DNA of 64,000 bases from Acidobacteriota bacterium (GTDB lineage Bacteria; Acidobacteriota; UBA890; WLXD01): positions 256,001-320,000 of the forward strand of contig CAXWPL010000001.1 in the NCBI GenBank assembly GCA_963666215.2. Direction: 5' to 3'. Below the pieces are notes generated by a model, which did no database searches, was not told the origin of the DNA, and saw nothing but the letters and a program-made list of their open reading frames with translations. The translations under genes and the position numbers were made by a program. The first letter of the stretch is position 1; each line of letters starts with the position of its first letter. Shown here one piece after another: positions 10,782 to 20,760 of this stretch.

Positions 10782-12551
10782 CTAGAACCTCACCGCCAGT
10801 CCGCCCGCCACGCCGCGTGTGAGGCCGGCGAGATCGGATAGCGATACGTTGAAGAGGCCGTCGTAGGCGGGCCCCATCAGGTTGTGAACTCGCAACATCG
10901 CCGACCACTCGCTGTCGAGCGCCCGGAACGGTAGCGGCTGACGCAGCATGACGTCTAGCCGGCTGTACTCGTCGCGCAACTCGCCATCGTCCACGATGGG
11001 CATGCCCTGCTTCCAGTTGTAGCTCGCCTCGAGGCGCGTCTGGAGGCGGCCGAGCACGGCCGCGAACATTGCCTGAACCTCGTGGGTCTGGCGGAAAGCA
11101 ACGTCGGTAGCGCTCTCGTCGTCGAAGAGCCCACGCTCCTCAGCGACGTCAACCGGATACTCGCCTCCCCTACGGCTACCGTAGGCGTAGCTAACCGCCC
11201 CCGAAACCAGGTCGGTCAGACTCCCAGCCAGCGCCAGCTCGAAGCCCTTGATCGAGGCGTCGCCAACGTTGAACAGAAGGTAGTCGGCGCTATCACCGTC
11301 AACTCCGCCGCCCGACAAATAGACGCCTACGAGCTCGTTGGTGACGTCGTCGTAGTAGGCGTTGACCCGCAGATCCGCCGCGCCGATTTGCCGCGCCAAC
11401 CCCAGCTTGTAGCGCAGCGTTCTCTCCGGTTTGATCGAGGCCATGTCGCCGACTCGGAGGTTGGTCCGCGACAGCAGGGACGCGGTTTCGAATCCACCCT
11501 CCTCGGTGAGATCCAGGCCCTCGGCCTCGTAGGAGATGCCGGTGAATACGTGCGTGTCGTCGTTGAGCCGGTAGTCGGCCTCGAGCCTCGGCGAAATGAG
11601 CGTCGAGTCGGCAAGGTAGTTGTTGTGCTCGTAGCGCACGGCAGCCGATACCAGCAATGTGTCGGTCGCCTGCCATTCGTCTCGCAGCGACAGGCTGCCA
11701 ATCCAGCTGTCGTGCTCCTCGGCGTCCTCAACCGGCAGCCGCTCGGGAATGAGGAGACCGCTGCCGATGTAGCCGAACCCGAGCTGTAGACGGTGGCCGA
11801 GACCCGTGTCGTGGGTTATCGAGCTGTCAGCCCAAATCGCACCACCCTCGCCGACGCTGGCTCGCAGGTTCCAGCCCTCGGCGCCGGACCCGCCGAGAGC
11901 GAGCGACGTCACACCGACGGTCTCACTACCGTCAGCTACAGGCGTGAAGCTCCACAAACGGAACTCTCCGAGCGCTGCATCGTCGGACGGCGCCAAGCTC
12001 CAACCGCTCCGGGAGCCGACTCCAACAGGGCCTCCAGCCGGCGAGCCGTCGGCGAGCACCATGTCGGTTTGCCGCAGCACATCGCGAGCTCGTGACCGCA
12101 GCGCCCAACCGAGCTGGAGGGGCGCGTTCACGCTGGCCAAGTCGCGATCGGTGTCTTCGTCGAGCTGCAGGCTGAGCGTTTCGGGTGACGGAATGTTGAT
12201 GCCGGCGAGAACTTTGCCGGTGAACCCCAGGCTACCCACCAGCAGCGAGTACACACCCTGTGGCAACCCGGGAACGGAGAATTCGCCACGAGCGTCCGTA
12301 ACGACGATCGCCGACGGGCGTTCGGATCCGAGCGCGATCACCGCTACAAAGGCGCCCAGCAGCGGCATTCCACGAGCATCGCGGACGGCGCCAAGAAGCG
12401 CTCCACTCAGGCTCTGCAGCTGCGGCTCTGGCTCGGGCGGCGGTATCGGCGCTGCGCCGATCGCCGCCGACGGAGTCGCGAATGAAGCCACGACAAAGGC
12501 CAGTGCGATCGCCGCTGTCGGGCGGGCACCTACGGTACGCGAAGTTGGCAT
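10782..12551 (-). CDS. Carboxypeptidase-regulatory-like domain + TonB-receptor-like beta-barrel outer-membrane protein
   Basis: Signal peptide, GAVRDARGMPLLGAFV...TDARGEF...LPQGVY, ISPRL, KPER, terminal aromatic (GGLAVRF); start chosen at MPTSR. Confidence 0.65.
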   Translation of the reverse strand: MPTSRTVGARPTAAIALAFVVASFATPSAAIGAAPIPPPEPEPQLQSLSGALLGAVRDARGMPLLGAFVAVIALGSERPSAIVVTDARGEFSVPGLPQGVYSLLVGSLGFTGKVLAGINIPSPETLSLQLDEDTDRDLASVNAPLQLGWALRSRARDVLRQTDMVLADGSPAGGPVGVGSRSGWSLAPSDDAALGEFRLWSFTPVADGSETVGVTSLALGGSGAEGWNLRASVGEGGAIWADSSITHDTGLGHRLQLGFGYIGSGLLIPERLPVEDAEEHDSWIGSLSLRDEWQATDTLLVSAAVRYEHNNYLADSTLISPRLEADYRLNDDTHVFTGISYEAEGLDLTEEGGFETASLLSRTNLRVGDMASIKPERTLRYKLGLARQIGAADLRVNAYYDDVTNELVGVYLSGGGVDGDSADYLLFNVGDASIKGFELALAGSLTDLVSGAVSYAYGSRRGGEYPVDVAEERGLFDDESATDVAFRQTHEVQAMFAAVLGRLQTRLEASYNWKQGMPIVDDGELRDEYSRLDVMLRQPLPFRALDSEWSAMLRVHNLMGPAYDGLFNVSLSDLAGLTRGVAGGLAVRF

Positions 12552-12789
12552 AGGGCTTCCGTCAGGGGGGTCCACGGAATCCGAATCTATCATCGGGCCG
12601 CGAACACGGTCAACCGAGCTGCCCCTTCGCTCGGGAGCAGGCTGCCGCTTGGCGGAGAGCATCCTCCAGCATTCACTCAGTCGAGTCAACCATGGCCCCC
12701 AGCAGGCCGCGCAGCGCGGAGGCCGCATATTGAAGGACGGCCTTCCGGGCAGGTGGCGAGCGGTCATCGGACCGACTAGCGTGGGCGAC

Positions 12790-15474
12790 ATGAAACGCTC
12801 GCTGCTCTGCCTGATCGACGCTAACAACTACATGCATCGCGCGTTCCACGCGCTACCACCACTCTCGACGTCGGGTGGTCTGCCAACCAACGCGGTTCTC
12901 GGCTTCGCCACCATGCTGCGCAAGCTGCTCGATGAGAGGCAGCCCGACTATTGTGCGGCGATCTTCGACGCTCCCGGCCCGAACGTGCGCCACCAGGAAT
13001 ACTCGCGCTACAAGAGCAGCCGACCGCCGACCGCGGAGGAGCTCAAGGTCCAGTTCCCCTACATCAAGAGGGTGTGTGAAGCCTTCCGCATCCCGATGCT
13101 CGAGGCGCCGGGCTTCGAAGCCGACGATCTCATCGCAACGTTGGCTCGCCTTGCAGAGGGGCGCGGCCTCGATTCACTCATCGTGTCGGGCGACAAGGAC
13201 CTTCTTCAGGTCGTCAGCCTGCACACAGTGCAGCTGAGTGAGGGACGGGCAGGCGAGCGCATCTACGACCCCGCGGCGGTCGAAGAGAAGTACGGAGTGC
13301 CGCCGCAGCTCATCCCGGACCTGTTCGGGCTCATGGGCGACAGCGTCGACGACATCCCGGGTGTGCCGGGCATCGGCCCCAAGCGGGCCCGAGAGCTGCT
13401 GCAGACCTACGGTTCCATGGAAGGCGCCATCGAGCATGCCGGCGAGCTGTCGCGGTACAAGTACGGTCGCGACCTCGCCGAGCACGCGGATCAGGCTGTG
13501 CTTTCGAAGCAGCTCGCGACCATCCGCGAGGTCGATGACGTACCACTGGACCTCGACGCCCTGCGGACGCGTGACCCCGACAGGGGTGCCTGCCGCGAGC
13601 TGTTCATGGAGCTCGAGTTTCGCCGCCTGCTCGACAGCTACGCCGAGGCGCCAACGCACTCCGATGTGGAATACCGGACCATCGCCAACCGCAGTGAGCT
13701 TCGCGACGTGGTCGCGCAGATTCGTGAGGCCGGTCGTTTCGCGCTCCACCTGCAACCCGATTCGCATGATCCGGCGTCGGCGCGCATCGTCGGCATTGGC
13801 CTGGCCTGGAAAGCCGGCGAGGCCTGCTACGTTCCCCTTGGACACTCAGGACTTACGGCGACCAACGCCACCGAGCCAGGCGTCGCGCTCAGCGAGCTCG
13901 AAGAGGTTTGTGCAGACGAACGCATCGAGCTCGTCGGTCACGATCTGAAATACGCCTCTCGTCTGCTCGCTTGCCACGAGCTCGGCCTCGCGCCGCGCGT
14001 CGACGTGATGCTCGCCTCCTACGTCCTGCACCCGACGCGCGCGAGCCACGCGCTGGACGCACTCGCCGCCGATTTCTTGCAGCTGCAGATGGTGGCGCTG
14101 AAGGACATCCTTCCGGACCGCCGCTCGGGCTTCAATGATGTGCCCGTGCCCGAGGCCACGCGCTACGTCGGCGAGAGGGTGGAAAGCGCCTTCCGGCTGG
14201 CCGCCCAGTTCGAAGTCGACCTTGCCACCCAAGCCCGTCTGTCGGCGCTGTTCTACGACCTCGAGATGCCGCTGCTTCAGGTGCTTCTGAGGATGGAGCT
14301 CCGCGGGGTTGGGCTCGACGTCCCCTACCTGCAACAGATGAGCCAGCGTTTCTCAGTCAACCTGGGAAAGCTCGAAGCCGCCATCTACGACGACGCCGAC
14401 GGCCCCTTCAACCTCAACTCACCGAAGCAGCTAGCCGAGGTCCTCTTCGACCGACTCGGTCTGCCCTCGGGCGGCAAAACCGCCAAGTCGGGAAGTCGGT
14501 CCACCCGCGCCGAAGTCTTGGAAACACTGGCGGCAGAACATGCGGTCGTGCGCAATATCCTCGAATACCGCGAGCTATCGAAGCTCAAGAGCACCTACCT
14601 CGAGGCCTTGCCGGCTCGTGTGTCGCCACGGACTGGGAGGGTTCACGCTTCCTTCGATCAAGCCGTCGCCGCCACAGGACGCCTGTCGAGCAGCAACCCG
14701 AACCTGCAGAACATTCCTACACGATCGGCGACCGGTCGACAGATCCGTCGGGCTTTCGTGCCGGCGGCGGGGCACATGCTAATGGCGGCCGATTACTCGC
14801 AGATCGAGCTGCGGATCATGGCGAGTCTGGCAAAAGACCCCACCCTCACCGCGGCCTTCGTCGAAGGAAGAGACATCCACAGGGCGACGGCCGCAGAGAT
14901 CTTCGGCGTCGAGCTGGAGGACGTGACCTACGAGCAGCGCGATCGAGCCAAGGTCATCAACTTCGGCGTCCTCTACGGCATGGGACCACAGCGGCTGGCA
15001 CGCGAGTTCGGCATCTCGGTCGCGGAGGCGCGCGCTTTCATCGAACGTTACCTCGGTGCCTTCGAGGGGGTCGGTAAGTTCATCGCGCGCACGATCGCCG
15101 AGGCCAAAGATCGCGGATACGTCACAACGCTGCTGGGCCGCGTCCGACATCTTCCAGAGCTTCAGAGCAGCCGCCCGATGCTGCGCTCGTTCGGCGAGCG
15201 CATCGCGGTCAATACTCCCGTTCAGGGCACCGCAGCCGACCTCATCAAGCTGGCGATGGTGAACATCGATCGACGCCTGATCTCCGAGAAGATGGATGCC
15301 GGGATGACCATCCAGGTGCACGACGAGCTGGTTCTCGAAGTGCCGCACCACGAGATCGACCAGGTGACCGAGATCGTCCGCACGGAGATGGAGGGCGCCA
15401 TTCAACTCGACGTGCCACTCGTGGTCGAGATCGGCATGGGGCCCAACTGGATGGAGGCGAAAGGCCAGCCGTAG
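12790..15474 (+). CDS. polA: DNA polymerase I
   Basis: 5'-3' exonuclease (IDANNYMHRAFHA, EADD, DDIPGVPGIGPK) and polymerase motifs (TGRLSSSNPNLQNIP, ADYSQIELR, AKVINFGVLYG, QVHDELV); start ATG 12790. Confidence 0.97.
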   Translation: MKRSLLCLIDANNYMHRAFHALPPLSTSGGLPTNAVLGFATMLRKLLDERQPDYCAAIFDAPGPNVRHQEYSRYKSSRPPTAEELKVQFPYIKRVCEAFRIPMLEAPGFEADDLIATLARLAEGRGLDSLIVSGDKDLLQVVSLHTVQLSEGRAGERIYDPAAVEEKYGVPPQLIPDLFGLMGDSVDDIPGVPGIGPKRARELLQTYGSMEGAIEHAGELSRYKYGRDLAEHADQAVLSKQLATIREVDDVPLDLDALRTRDPDRGACRELFMELEFRRLLDSYAEAPTHSDVEYRTIANRSELRDVVAQIREAGRFALHLQPDSHDPASARIVGIGLAWKAGEACYVPLGHSGLTATNATEPGVALSELEEVCADERIELVGHDLKYASRLLACHELGLAPRVDVMLASYVLHPTRASHALDALAADFLQLQMVALKDILPDRRSGFNDVPVPEATRYVGERVESAFRLAAQFEVDLATQARLSALFYDLEMPLLQVLLRMELRGVGLDVPYLQQMSQRFSVNLGKLEAAIYDDADGPFNLNSPKQLAEVLFDRLGLPSGGKTAKSGSRSTRAEVLETLAAEHAVVRNILEYRELSKLKSTYLEALPARVSPRTGRVHASFDQAVAATGRLSSSNPNLQNIPTRSATGRQIRRAFVPAAGHMLMAADYSQIELRIMASLAKDPTLTAAFVEGRDIHRATAAEIFGVELEDVTYEQRDRAKVINFGVLYGMGPQRLAREFGISVAEARAFIERYLGAFEGVGKFIARTIAEAKDRGYVTTLLGRVRHLPELQSSRPMLRSFGERIAVNTPVQGTAADLIKLAMVNIDRRLISEKMDAGMTIQVHDELVLEVPHHEIDQVTEIVRTEMEGAIQLDVPLVVEIGMGPNWMEAKGQP

Positions 15475-15539
15475 ACTGCGCGCCTCGGCCGGCTACCGAC
15501 CGACTGGTGCGCGGCGCTTGTGGTAGTTAGTACATTGAC

Positions 15540-15899
15540 ATGCCCATATTCGAGTATCAGTGTCGCAAGTGCGGGCACCGTTTCGAGCGTCTGCAAAAGA
15601 GTTCCACGCAGCGCGTCCGCACCTGTCCAGAGTGCAAGGCGCGACGCGTCGAACGCATGACCAGCGCCCCCGCCATCCGTTTCAAGGGATCCGGCTTCTA
15701 CATCACCGACTACACCGACAAGGGCAAGGAGCCGAAGAAGGCGGAAGCCTCCGGTGGCGGCGAGAAGTCGAAGAAGGACAGCGGCACTTCGAAAGGGAGT
15801 GGCGACTCGAGTAGCTCTTCGAAGTCCGCTCCGGAGAACAAATCAGGCTCGGGCGCTTCCAGCGGCGCCGGCAAGTCGGGACCGTCCAAGTCGAAGTAG
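15540..15899 (+). CDS. FmdB-family zinc-ribbon protein
   Basis: MPIFEYQCRKCG...CPEC...FKGSGFYITDY with low-complexity S/K/G tail. Confidence 0.9.
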   Translation: MPIFEYQCRKCGHRFERLQKSSTQRVRTCPECKARRVERMTSAPAIRFKGSGFYITDYTDKGKEPKKAEASGGGEKSKKDSGTSKGSGDSSSSSKSAPENKSGSGASSGAGKSGPSKSK

Positions 15900-15914
15900 G
15901 CGACACCGATTGCC

Positions 15915-16778
15915 TTAGCGAGCCAGGTACTCTTCCAGTTCGGGGCCGATGTCGGCGCGTCGACGCGCGTGCTCGATCGTGGCCTTGACGAAACCGAGCT
16001 TGCTACCGCAGTCGAAACGCAGCCCCTCGAACTCGACGACGTGGCACGGCAGGTCACCGAGCGCGGCTTTCATGGCATCGGTGATTTGAATCTCGCCGCC
16101 AACTCCGGGCGTGGTGAGCGCGAGTCGATCGAAGATCTCGACGGGAAGCACGTAGCGCCCCACCACAGCGAGATTCGAAGGCGCCTCTTCCGGCTTCGGC
16201 TTCTCCACCATGTCGTCTACCCGGTAGACGTTGCCGGCCACGCGTTCGCCGCTGATTACACCATATCGATCGACCTGGTCGCGTGGCACGCGTTCGACCG
16301 CGATAACGATGCCTCCGTACTGTTCCTGGACGCGCCGCAACTGCTCCATGACGGGATCGTCGGCAATGATGAAGTCGTCGGGGAACATGACTCCGAAGGC
16401 CTCTCCAGCAGATGCACCGACAGCGTCTCGCGCAAGCAGAATCGCATGGCCAACGCCCAGCGGCTCGGGCTGCTCGACCTCGCTCACGCTCGCCATCTCG
16501 TTGGTCGCCTCGACTAACGCCAACAGATCAGCCTTGCCACGGTCAGCGAGACGGCGCTCGAGCTCAGGATGCGGCCGAAAATGCCGCGAGACTGATTCCT
16601 TGCCCGGTGACGAGACCAACACGATTCGCTCCGCGCCGGCCGCTACCGCTTCTTCGACCGCAAACTGGATCAGTGGTCGATCTACGAGCGTCATCAACTC
16701 CTTCGGCTGTACCTTGGTGGCGGGCAGAAAACGGGTGCCGAGGCCGGCGACGGGCATCACGACAGTGCGAAAGCTCAT
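15915..16778 (-). CDS. galU: UTP--glucose-1-phosphate uridylyltransferase
   Basis: PVAGLGTRFLPATKVQPKEL, EPLGVGHAI, VEKP, GGEIQITDA, FDCGSKLGF. Confidence 0.95.
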   Translation of the reverse strand: MSFRTVVMPVAGLGTRFLPATKVQPKELMTLVDRPLIQFAVEEAVAAGAERIVLVSSPGKESVSRHFRPHPELERRLADRGKADLLALVEATNEMASVSEVEQPEPLGVGHAILLARDAVGASAGEAFGVMFPDDFIIADDPVMEQLRRVQEQYGGIVIAVERVPRDQVDRYGVISGERVAGNVYRVDDMVEKPKPEEAPSNLAVVGRYVLPVEIFDRLALTTPGVGGEIQITDAMKAALGDLPCHVVEFEGLRFDCGSKLGFVKATIEHARRRADIGPELEEYLAR

Positions 16779-16918
16779 GGCCCGGATCGTATCGCAGCGC
16801 CTCGAGCAGCAGCGGCCCCCGGGTGATCATGGATCCGGTGTCGCGCAGGTATTCTTCCAACGTCAGTCTTGATCCATCTGGCCAAGCCAACATCCGCCCC
16901 ACCTACAGGCGACTCAGC

Positions 16919-18217
16919 ATGCTCGACTTCAAAACCATACGAGAACGCACCGACGAGGTCCGGTCGATGCTGGTCAACAGGAACTCGGACGTCGACCTCG
17001 ACGGCTTCCTGTCGGCCGACGCGCGCCGTCGCGAACAACTTGCCGAGCTCGAAGGGCTGCAGGCGGAGCGCAATACCAAGAGCAAACGCATCGGCAGTGC
17101 GCAACGCAGCGGCGAGGAGGTATCGGAGCTGATCGCCTCGATGGGCGCGCTCTCGAAAAGAATCAAAGAGCTCAAGGCGCAGCAAAGGGAGGTCGACGAA
17201 GAAATCGCGGCCCTGCTGCTGGCCTTCCCGAACCTGCCGCACGACAGCGCGCCGATCGGCGACGACGAGAGCTGCAACCGCGAGGAACGCCGCTGGGGTG
17301 AGCCTGCGAAGCTCGATTTCGAGCCCCGCGATCACGTCGAGATCGCCGAGAACCTCGGCATTCTCGACTTGCCGCGCGCCGCCAAGATTTCCGGCGCCCG
17401 TTTCTCGGCGCAGTTCGGCATCGGCGCCCGCATCGAGCGAGCGCTGGCGGCCTACATGATCGACGTCCACACCGCCAACGGTTATCTAGAAGTCTCGACG
17501 CCGCTCCTTGTGTCGCCCGGGGCGATGCAGGGCACCGGGCAGTTACCGAAGTTCGCAGACGACTCCTTCTACATCGAAAAGGACGACCTGTATCTCATCC
17601 CGACTTCGGAGGTGCCTCTAGTCAATCTGCACTCCGGCGAAACCCTCGAAGACCGCGACCTGCCAGTGCGCTACTGCGCCTTCACCCCTTGCTTCCGTCG
17701 CGAGGCGGGCTCCTATGGTCGCGACACACGTGGCCTGATTCGCATGCACCAGTTCAACAAGGTCGAGCTCGTCTGGCTCACCCGGGCCGAGAGCTCGCAG
17801 GAAGATCTCGAAGCGTTAGCGGGCGACGCCGAGCGCATACTCCAGGGCCTGGAATTACCCTACCGGGTCGTGACTCTCGCCACCGGAGACATGGGCTTTT
17901 CTGCCACCAAGACCTATGACCTCGAGGTCTGGCTGCCGTCGCAGGGACGGTATCGAGAGATTTCCTCGTGCAGCAACTGCGGCGACTTTCAGGCGCGTCG
18001 AGCGAGTATCCGCTACCGCCCCGAGGGCCACAGCAAAACGAGGCTGGCCCACACTCTCAATGGGTCGGGCGTCGCCGTGGGCCGCGCCCTTGTGGCGCTG
18101 CTCGAGGTCCACCAACGCGAGGATGGCACCGTCAACGTTCCGCCTGCTCTGCGGCCCTATCTCAACGGCCTCGAGCGCATCGAACCCCTGGATCGCCCCG
18201 GCTTCGGGGCACGCTGA
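16919..18217 (+). CDS. serS: Serine--tRNA ligase
   Basis: MLDFKTIRE N-terminal coiled coil, GTGQLPKF, LIPTSEVP, CFRREAGS, HQFNKVE, EISSCSNC, HTLNGSG; start ATG 16919. Confidence 0.97.
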   Translation: MLDFKTIRERTDEVRSMLVNRNSDVDLDGFLSADARRREQLAELEGLQAERNTKSKRIGSAQRSGEEVSELIASMGALSKRIKELKAQQREVDEEIAALLLAFPNLPHDSAPIGDDESCNREERRWGEPAKLDFEPRDHVEIAENLGILDLPRAAKISGARFSAQFGIGARIERALAAYMIDVHTANGYLEVSTPLLVSPGAMQGTGQLPKFADDSFYIEKDDLYLIPTSEVPLVNLHSGETLEDRDLPVRYCAFTPCFRREAGSYGRDTRGLIRMHQFNKVELVWLTRAESSQEDLEALAGDAERILQGLELPYRVVTLATGDMGFSATKTYDLEVWLPSQGRYREISSCSNCGDFQARRASIRYRPEGHSKTRLAHTLNGSGVAVGRALVALLEVHQREDGTVNVPPALRPYLNGLERIEPLDRPGFGAR

Positions 18218-18293
18218 GGGCAGACGCGAGGCCAAATGGGCGCCGAATGCGATGCTTCCGCCACGTGCCGCTTTGGTAAGGTATAGCGCGGTC

Positions 18294-18382
18294 GGAGGGA
18301 TGGCTGAGTCAGGTTGAAGGCGGCGGTCTTGAAAACCGTTGACCGCTCACGCGGTCCGAAGGTTCGAATCCTTCTCCCTCCG
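18294..18382 (+). tRNA. tRNA-Ser(TGA)
   Basis: GGAGGGA acceptor / TCCCTCC-G, anticodon arm GCGGT-CT-TGA-AA-ACCGT, long variable arm, GGTTCGAATCC; CCA not encoded. Confidence 0.95.
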
Positions 18383-18444
18383 CCTTAAGCGTGCCGCATC
18401 GCCAGACCATGCGGCGATCCAATGCGACAGTCCGACTGTCAGCA

Positions 18445-18533
18445 GGAGGGGTGCTAGAGTGGACGAATAGGGCGGCCTGCTAAGCCGTTGCACGGGTCAC
18501 ACTGTGCCGTGGGTTCGAATCCCACCCCCTCCG
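18445..18533 (+). tRNA. tRNA-Ser(GCT)
   Basis: GGAGGGG acceptor / CCCCTCC-G, GCGGC-CT-GCT-AA-GCCGT, long variable arm, GGTTCGAATCC. Confidence 0.95.
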
Positions 18534-18745
18534 CTCTTCCTCAATAGACCACGTACTGGCGTCCGTCGGCGGCGTCCACAGATCACATGCAGAAGCGCTC
18601 CCCTGGTTTGCAGTCCGCGACCGGTGCTCCCGTCACGGAGCGCCGACAACGGTCCGTGCGTCAACACAGCGACGACACCGAGCGACTCCATAGGGAACGC
18701 TCGATCGATTCCGCTGCTCCGCCGCTATCAGCAGACCCGTCAGGC

Positions 18746-19033
18746 ATGCTCGACCCGATCGACGAGCGAACACGCTCGGCCGGAGTCGCCGCGGAAGTCT
18801 GTCCGTCGTGCGACTCCCCCGGCTCCTGGACTCTGAGTCGGCGTCATCGGTTCAACCCCTTCGGTGGAGTCACCGCGCTCGTGCTCACGTTTTGGGTGGC
18901 CTTGCTCGGGTGGGCGCTGGATTTCGGTTTTCTGCCGGCGGCTGGCCTCGCTCTCTTCGGCGCGCTCCTGCTGATCGCTCGTCGCACGGCTCTGGTGTGC
19001 CAGGTGTGCGGCTTCGTGAAGCCGCGCGGTTAG
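18746..19033 (+). CDS. Small membrane protein with split zinc ribbon (CxxC-TM-TM-CxxC)
   Basis: 95 aa from ATG 18746: CPSC, two hydrophobic segments, CQVC. Confidence 0.6.
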   Translation: MLDPIDERTRSAGVAAEVCPSCDSPGSWTLSRRHRFNPFGGVTALVLTFWVALLGWALDFGFLPAAGLALFGALLLIARRTALVCQVCGFVKPRG

Positions 19034-19253
19034 GGCACACCACCCGCAACCGGGCCCACCAACGCGTCCTCGGAGCGCGGCTGGCGGGTGTGCGGCCGAT
19101 TCGCTACCATGGGCAGTCGCCGCGCTGGCGCTCCGGATCGCCGAAACCCGATCTCAGGACGCCGCTCTCGCGCCTCGCACAGCCCGCCGCCGCCAGTGCC
19201 TACAGCCCGAGCGCTCGGCTCGAAAGCCTTCAAAGTTTCTGAGAGAGGTTCGA

Positions 19254-20747
19254 ATGTCCGACAATAACGAAGTCCGGGTGCGTTTCGCGCCCAGTCCGAC
19301 CGGAGACCTGCACGTCGGTGGTGCGCGGACGGCGCTGTTCAACTGGCTCTATGCCCGCAAGCACGGCGGCACCTTCGTCCTTCGCATCGAAGACACCGAC
19401 GAGCAGCGCTCGAACGAGGAATCGCTCGAGGGCATCCTCGAGGCGCTGACCTGGCTGGGCCTGGAGTGGGACGAAGGTCCGATCCAGCAAGCCGACCGGC
19501 TCGAGCTGTACAGCGACTACGTCTCGCTGCTGATGAGCTCCGGCCACGCCTACTACTGCTTCGCCAGCAACGACTCCATCGAGGAAGCACGCAACGCGGC
19601 ACAGGAAAGCGGCGAGAACTGGATCTACCGCGGCGCCGATCGCGATCTATCAGCGGACGAGGTGCGCGAGAAACTCGAGGAAGAGCTGCCGCACACGGTG
19701 CGGTTCAAAGTCCCCTCCGAAGAGTCGATCGTGGTCAACGACATCGTTCACGGTGACGTCACGTTCGAGACCGAGAACATCGAGGACTTCGTTCTGCTGC
19801 GCTCCGACGAGCGCCCGACGTATCACCTTTCGAACGTCGTCGACGATATCCAGATGGGAATCACCCACGTGATCCGCGGCGCCGACCATGTGTCCAACAC
19901 GCCGAAGCAGATCCTCGTCTACAAAGCGCTCGAAGCCAACGTCCCGCTGTTCGCCCACCTGCCGCTGATTCTCGGACCCGATCAGAAACGACTCTCGAAG
20001 CGTCATGGCGCGACGTCGATCAACATCTTTCGCAACAAGGGATATCTTCCCGGTGCCGTGGTCAACTATCTGGCGCTGCTCGGTTGGTCGCCCGGCGACG
20101 ACCGCGAGGTGTTCACCGTCCCGGACCTGATTCGCGAATTCACCCTCGAACGGGTGAACTCGTCGAACGCCGTTTTCGACGTCGCCAAGCTCGGATGGAT
20201 GAATGGCCAGTACATCTCGCAGGTGCCCGCCGGCGAGCTGCGCCTGTCGATCCGCGAGGCGTTACAAATTCGCGGCTGCTGGCAGGAAGAGCTCGACATG
20301 GAGCGCCGCGACTTCTTCTTCGCGCTCATCGAGCTGTGGCAATCGCGATCGCGCACGATCAACGATCTGGCCGACAACGTCACGCCGTTCCTGAGTGAGG
20401 CCTTTGCCTACCAGCCGGACGCGCTGAAGGAGCACATCCACAGCAAGGACCTCCTGGGCGGCGTTCAGGCCCTGCGCGAGGCGCTCATGCAGGTCGACCC
20501 GTGGGCCGCCGATGAGATCGAGGGCACCCTGCGAGAGGTTGCGGCGGGACTCGACATGGAAGCCGCCTCGCTGATCCATGCGCTGCGGCTTGCGCTCACA
20601 GGCAAGAAGGTCTCGCCTGGTCTCTTCGAGGTTGTCGAGATGATGGATCGCGAGAAGACTCGCAGTCGCATCGACCGCCTGCTGCGCTATCTCAAGAAGC
20701 TCGCCGACGCTCGCGACAAGCGCGAGACTCAGATGGCCAGGGCGTAG
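19254..20747 (+). CDS. gltX: Glutamate--tRNA ligase
   Basis: VRVRFAPSPTGDLHVGGARTALFN, LRIEDTD, THVIRGADH, RLSKRHGA. Confidence 0.96.
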   Translation: MSDNNEVRVRFAPSPTGDLHVGGARTALFNWLYARKHGGTFVLRIEDTDEQRSNEESLEGILEALTWLGLEWDEGPIQQADRLELYSDYVSLLMSSGHAYYCFASNDSIEEARNAAQESGENWIYRGADRDLSADEVREKLEEELPHTVRFKVPSEESIVVNDIVHGDVTFETENIEDFVLLRSDERPTYHLSNVVDDIQMGITHVIRGADHVSNTPKQILVYKALEANVPLFAHLPLILGPDQKRLSKRHGATSINIFRNKGYLPGAVVNYLALLGWSPGDDREVFTVPDLIREFTLERVNSSNAVFDVAKLGWMNGQYISQVPAGELRLSIREALQIRGCWQEELDMERRDFFFALIELWQSRSRTINDLADNVTPFLSEAFAYQPDALKEHIHSKDLLGGVQALREALMQVDPWAADEIEGTLREVAAGLDMEAASLIHALRLALTGKKVSPGLFEVVEMMDREKTRSRIDRLLRYLKKLADARDKRETQMARA

Positions 20748-20760
20748 ACAAAGCCCGCCA

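Noticed and set aside
11806-12789. 328-aa N-terminal extension of PolA in the ORF track
   Set aside because: Antisense shadow of the TonB-like gene; Pol I homology starts at ATG 12790
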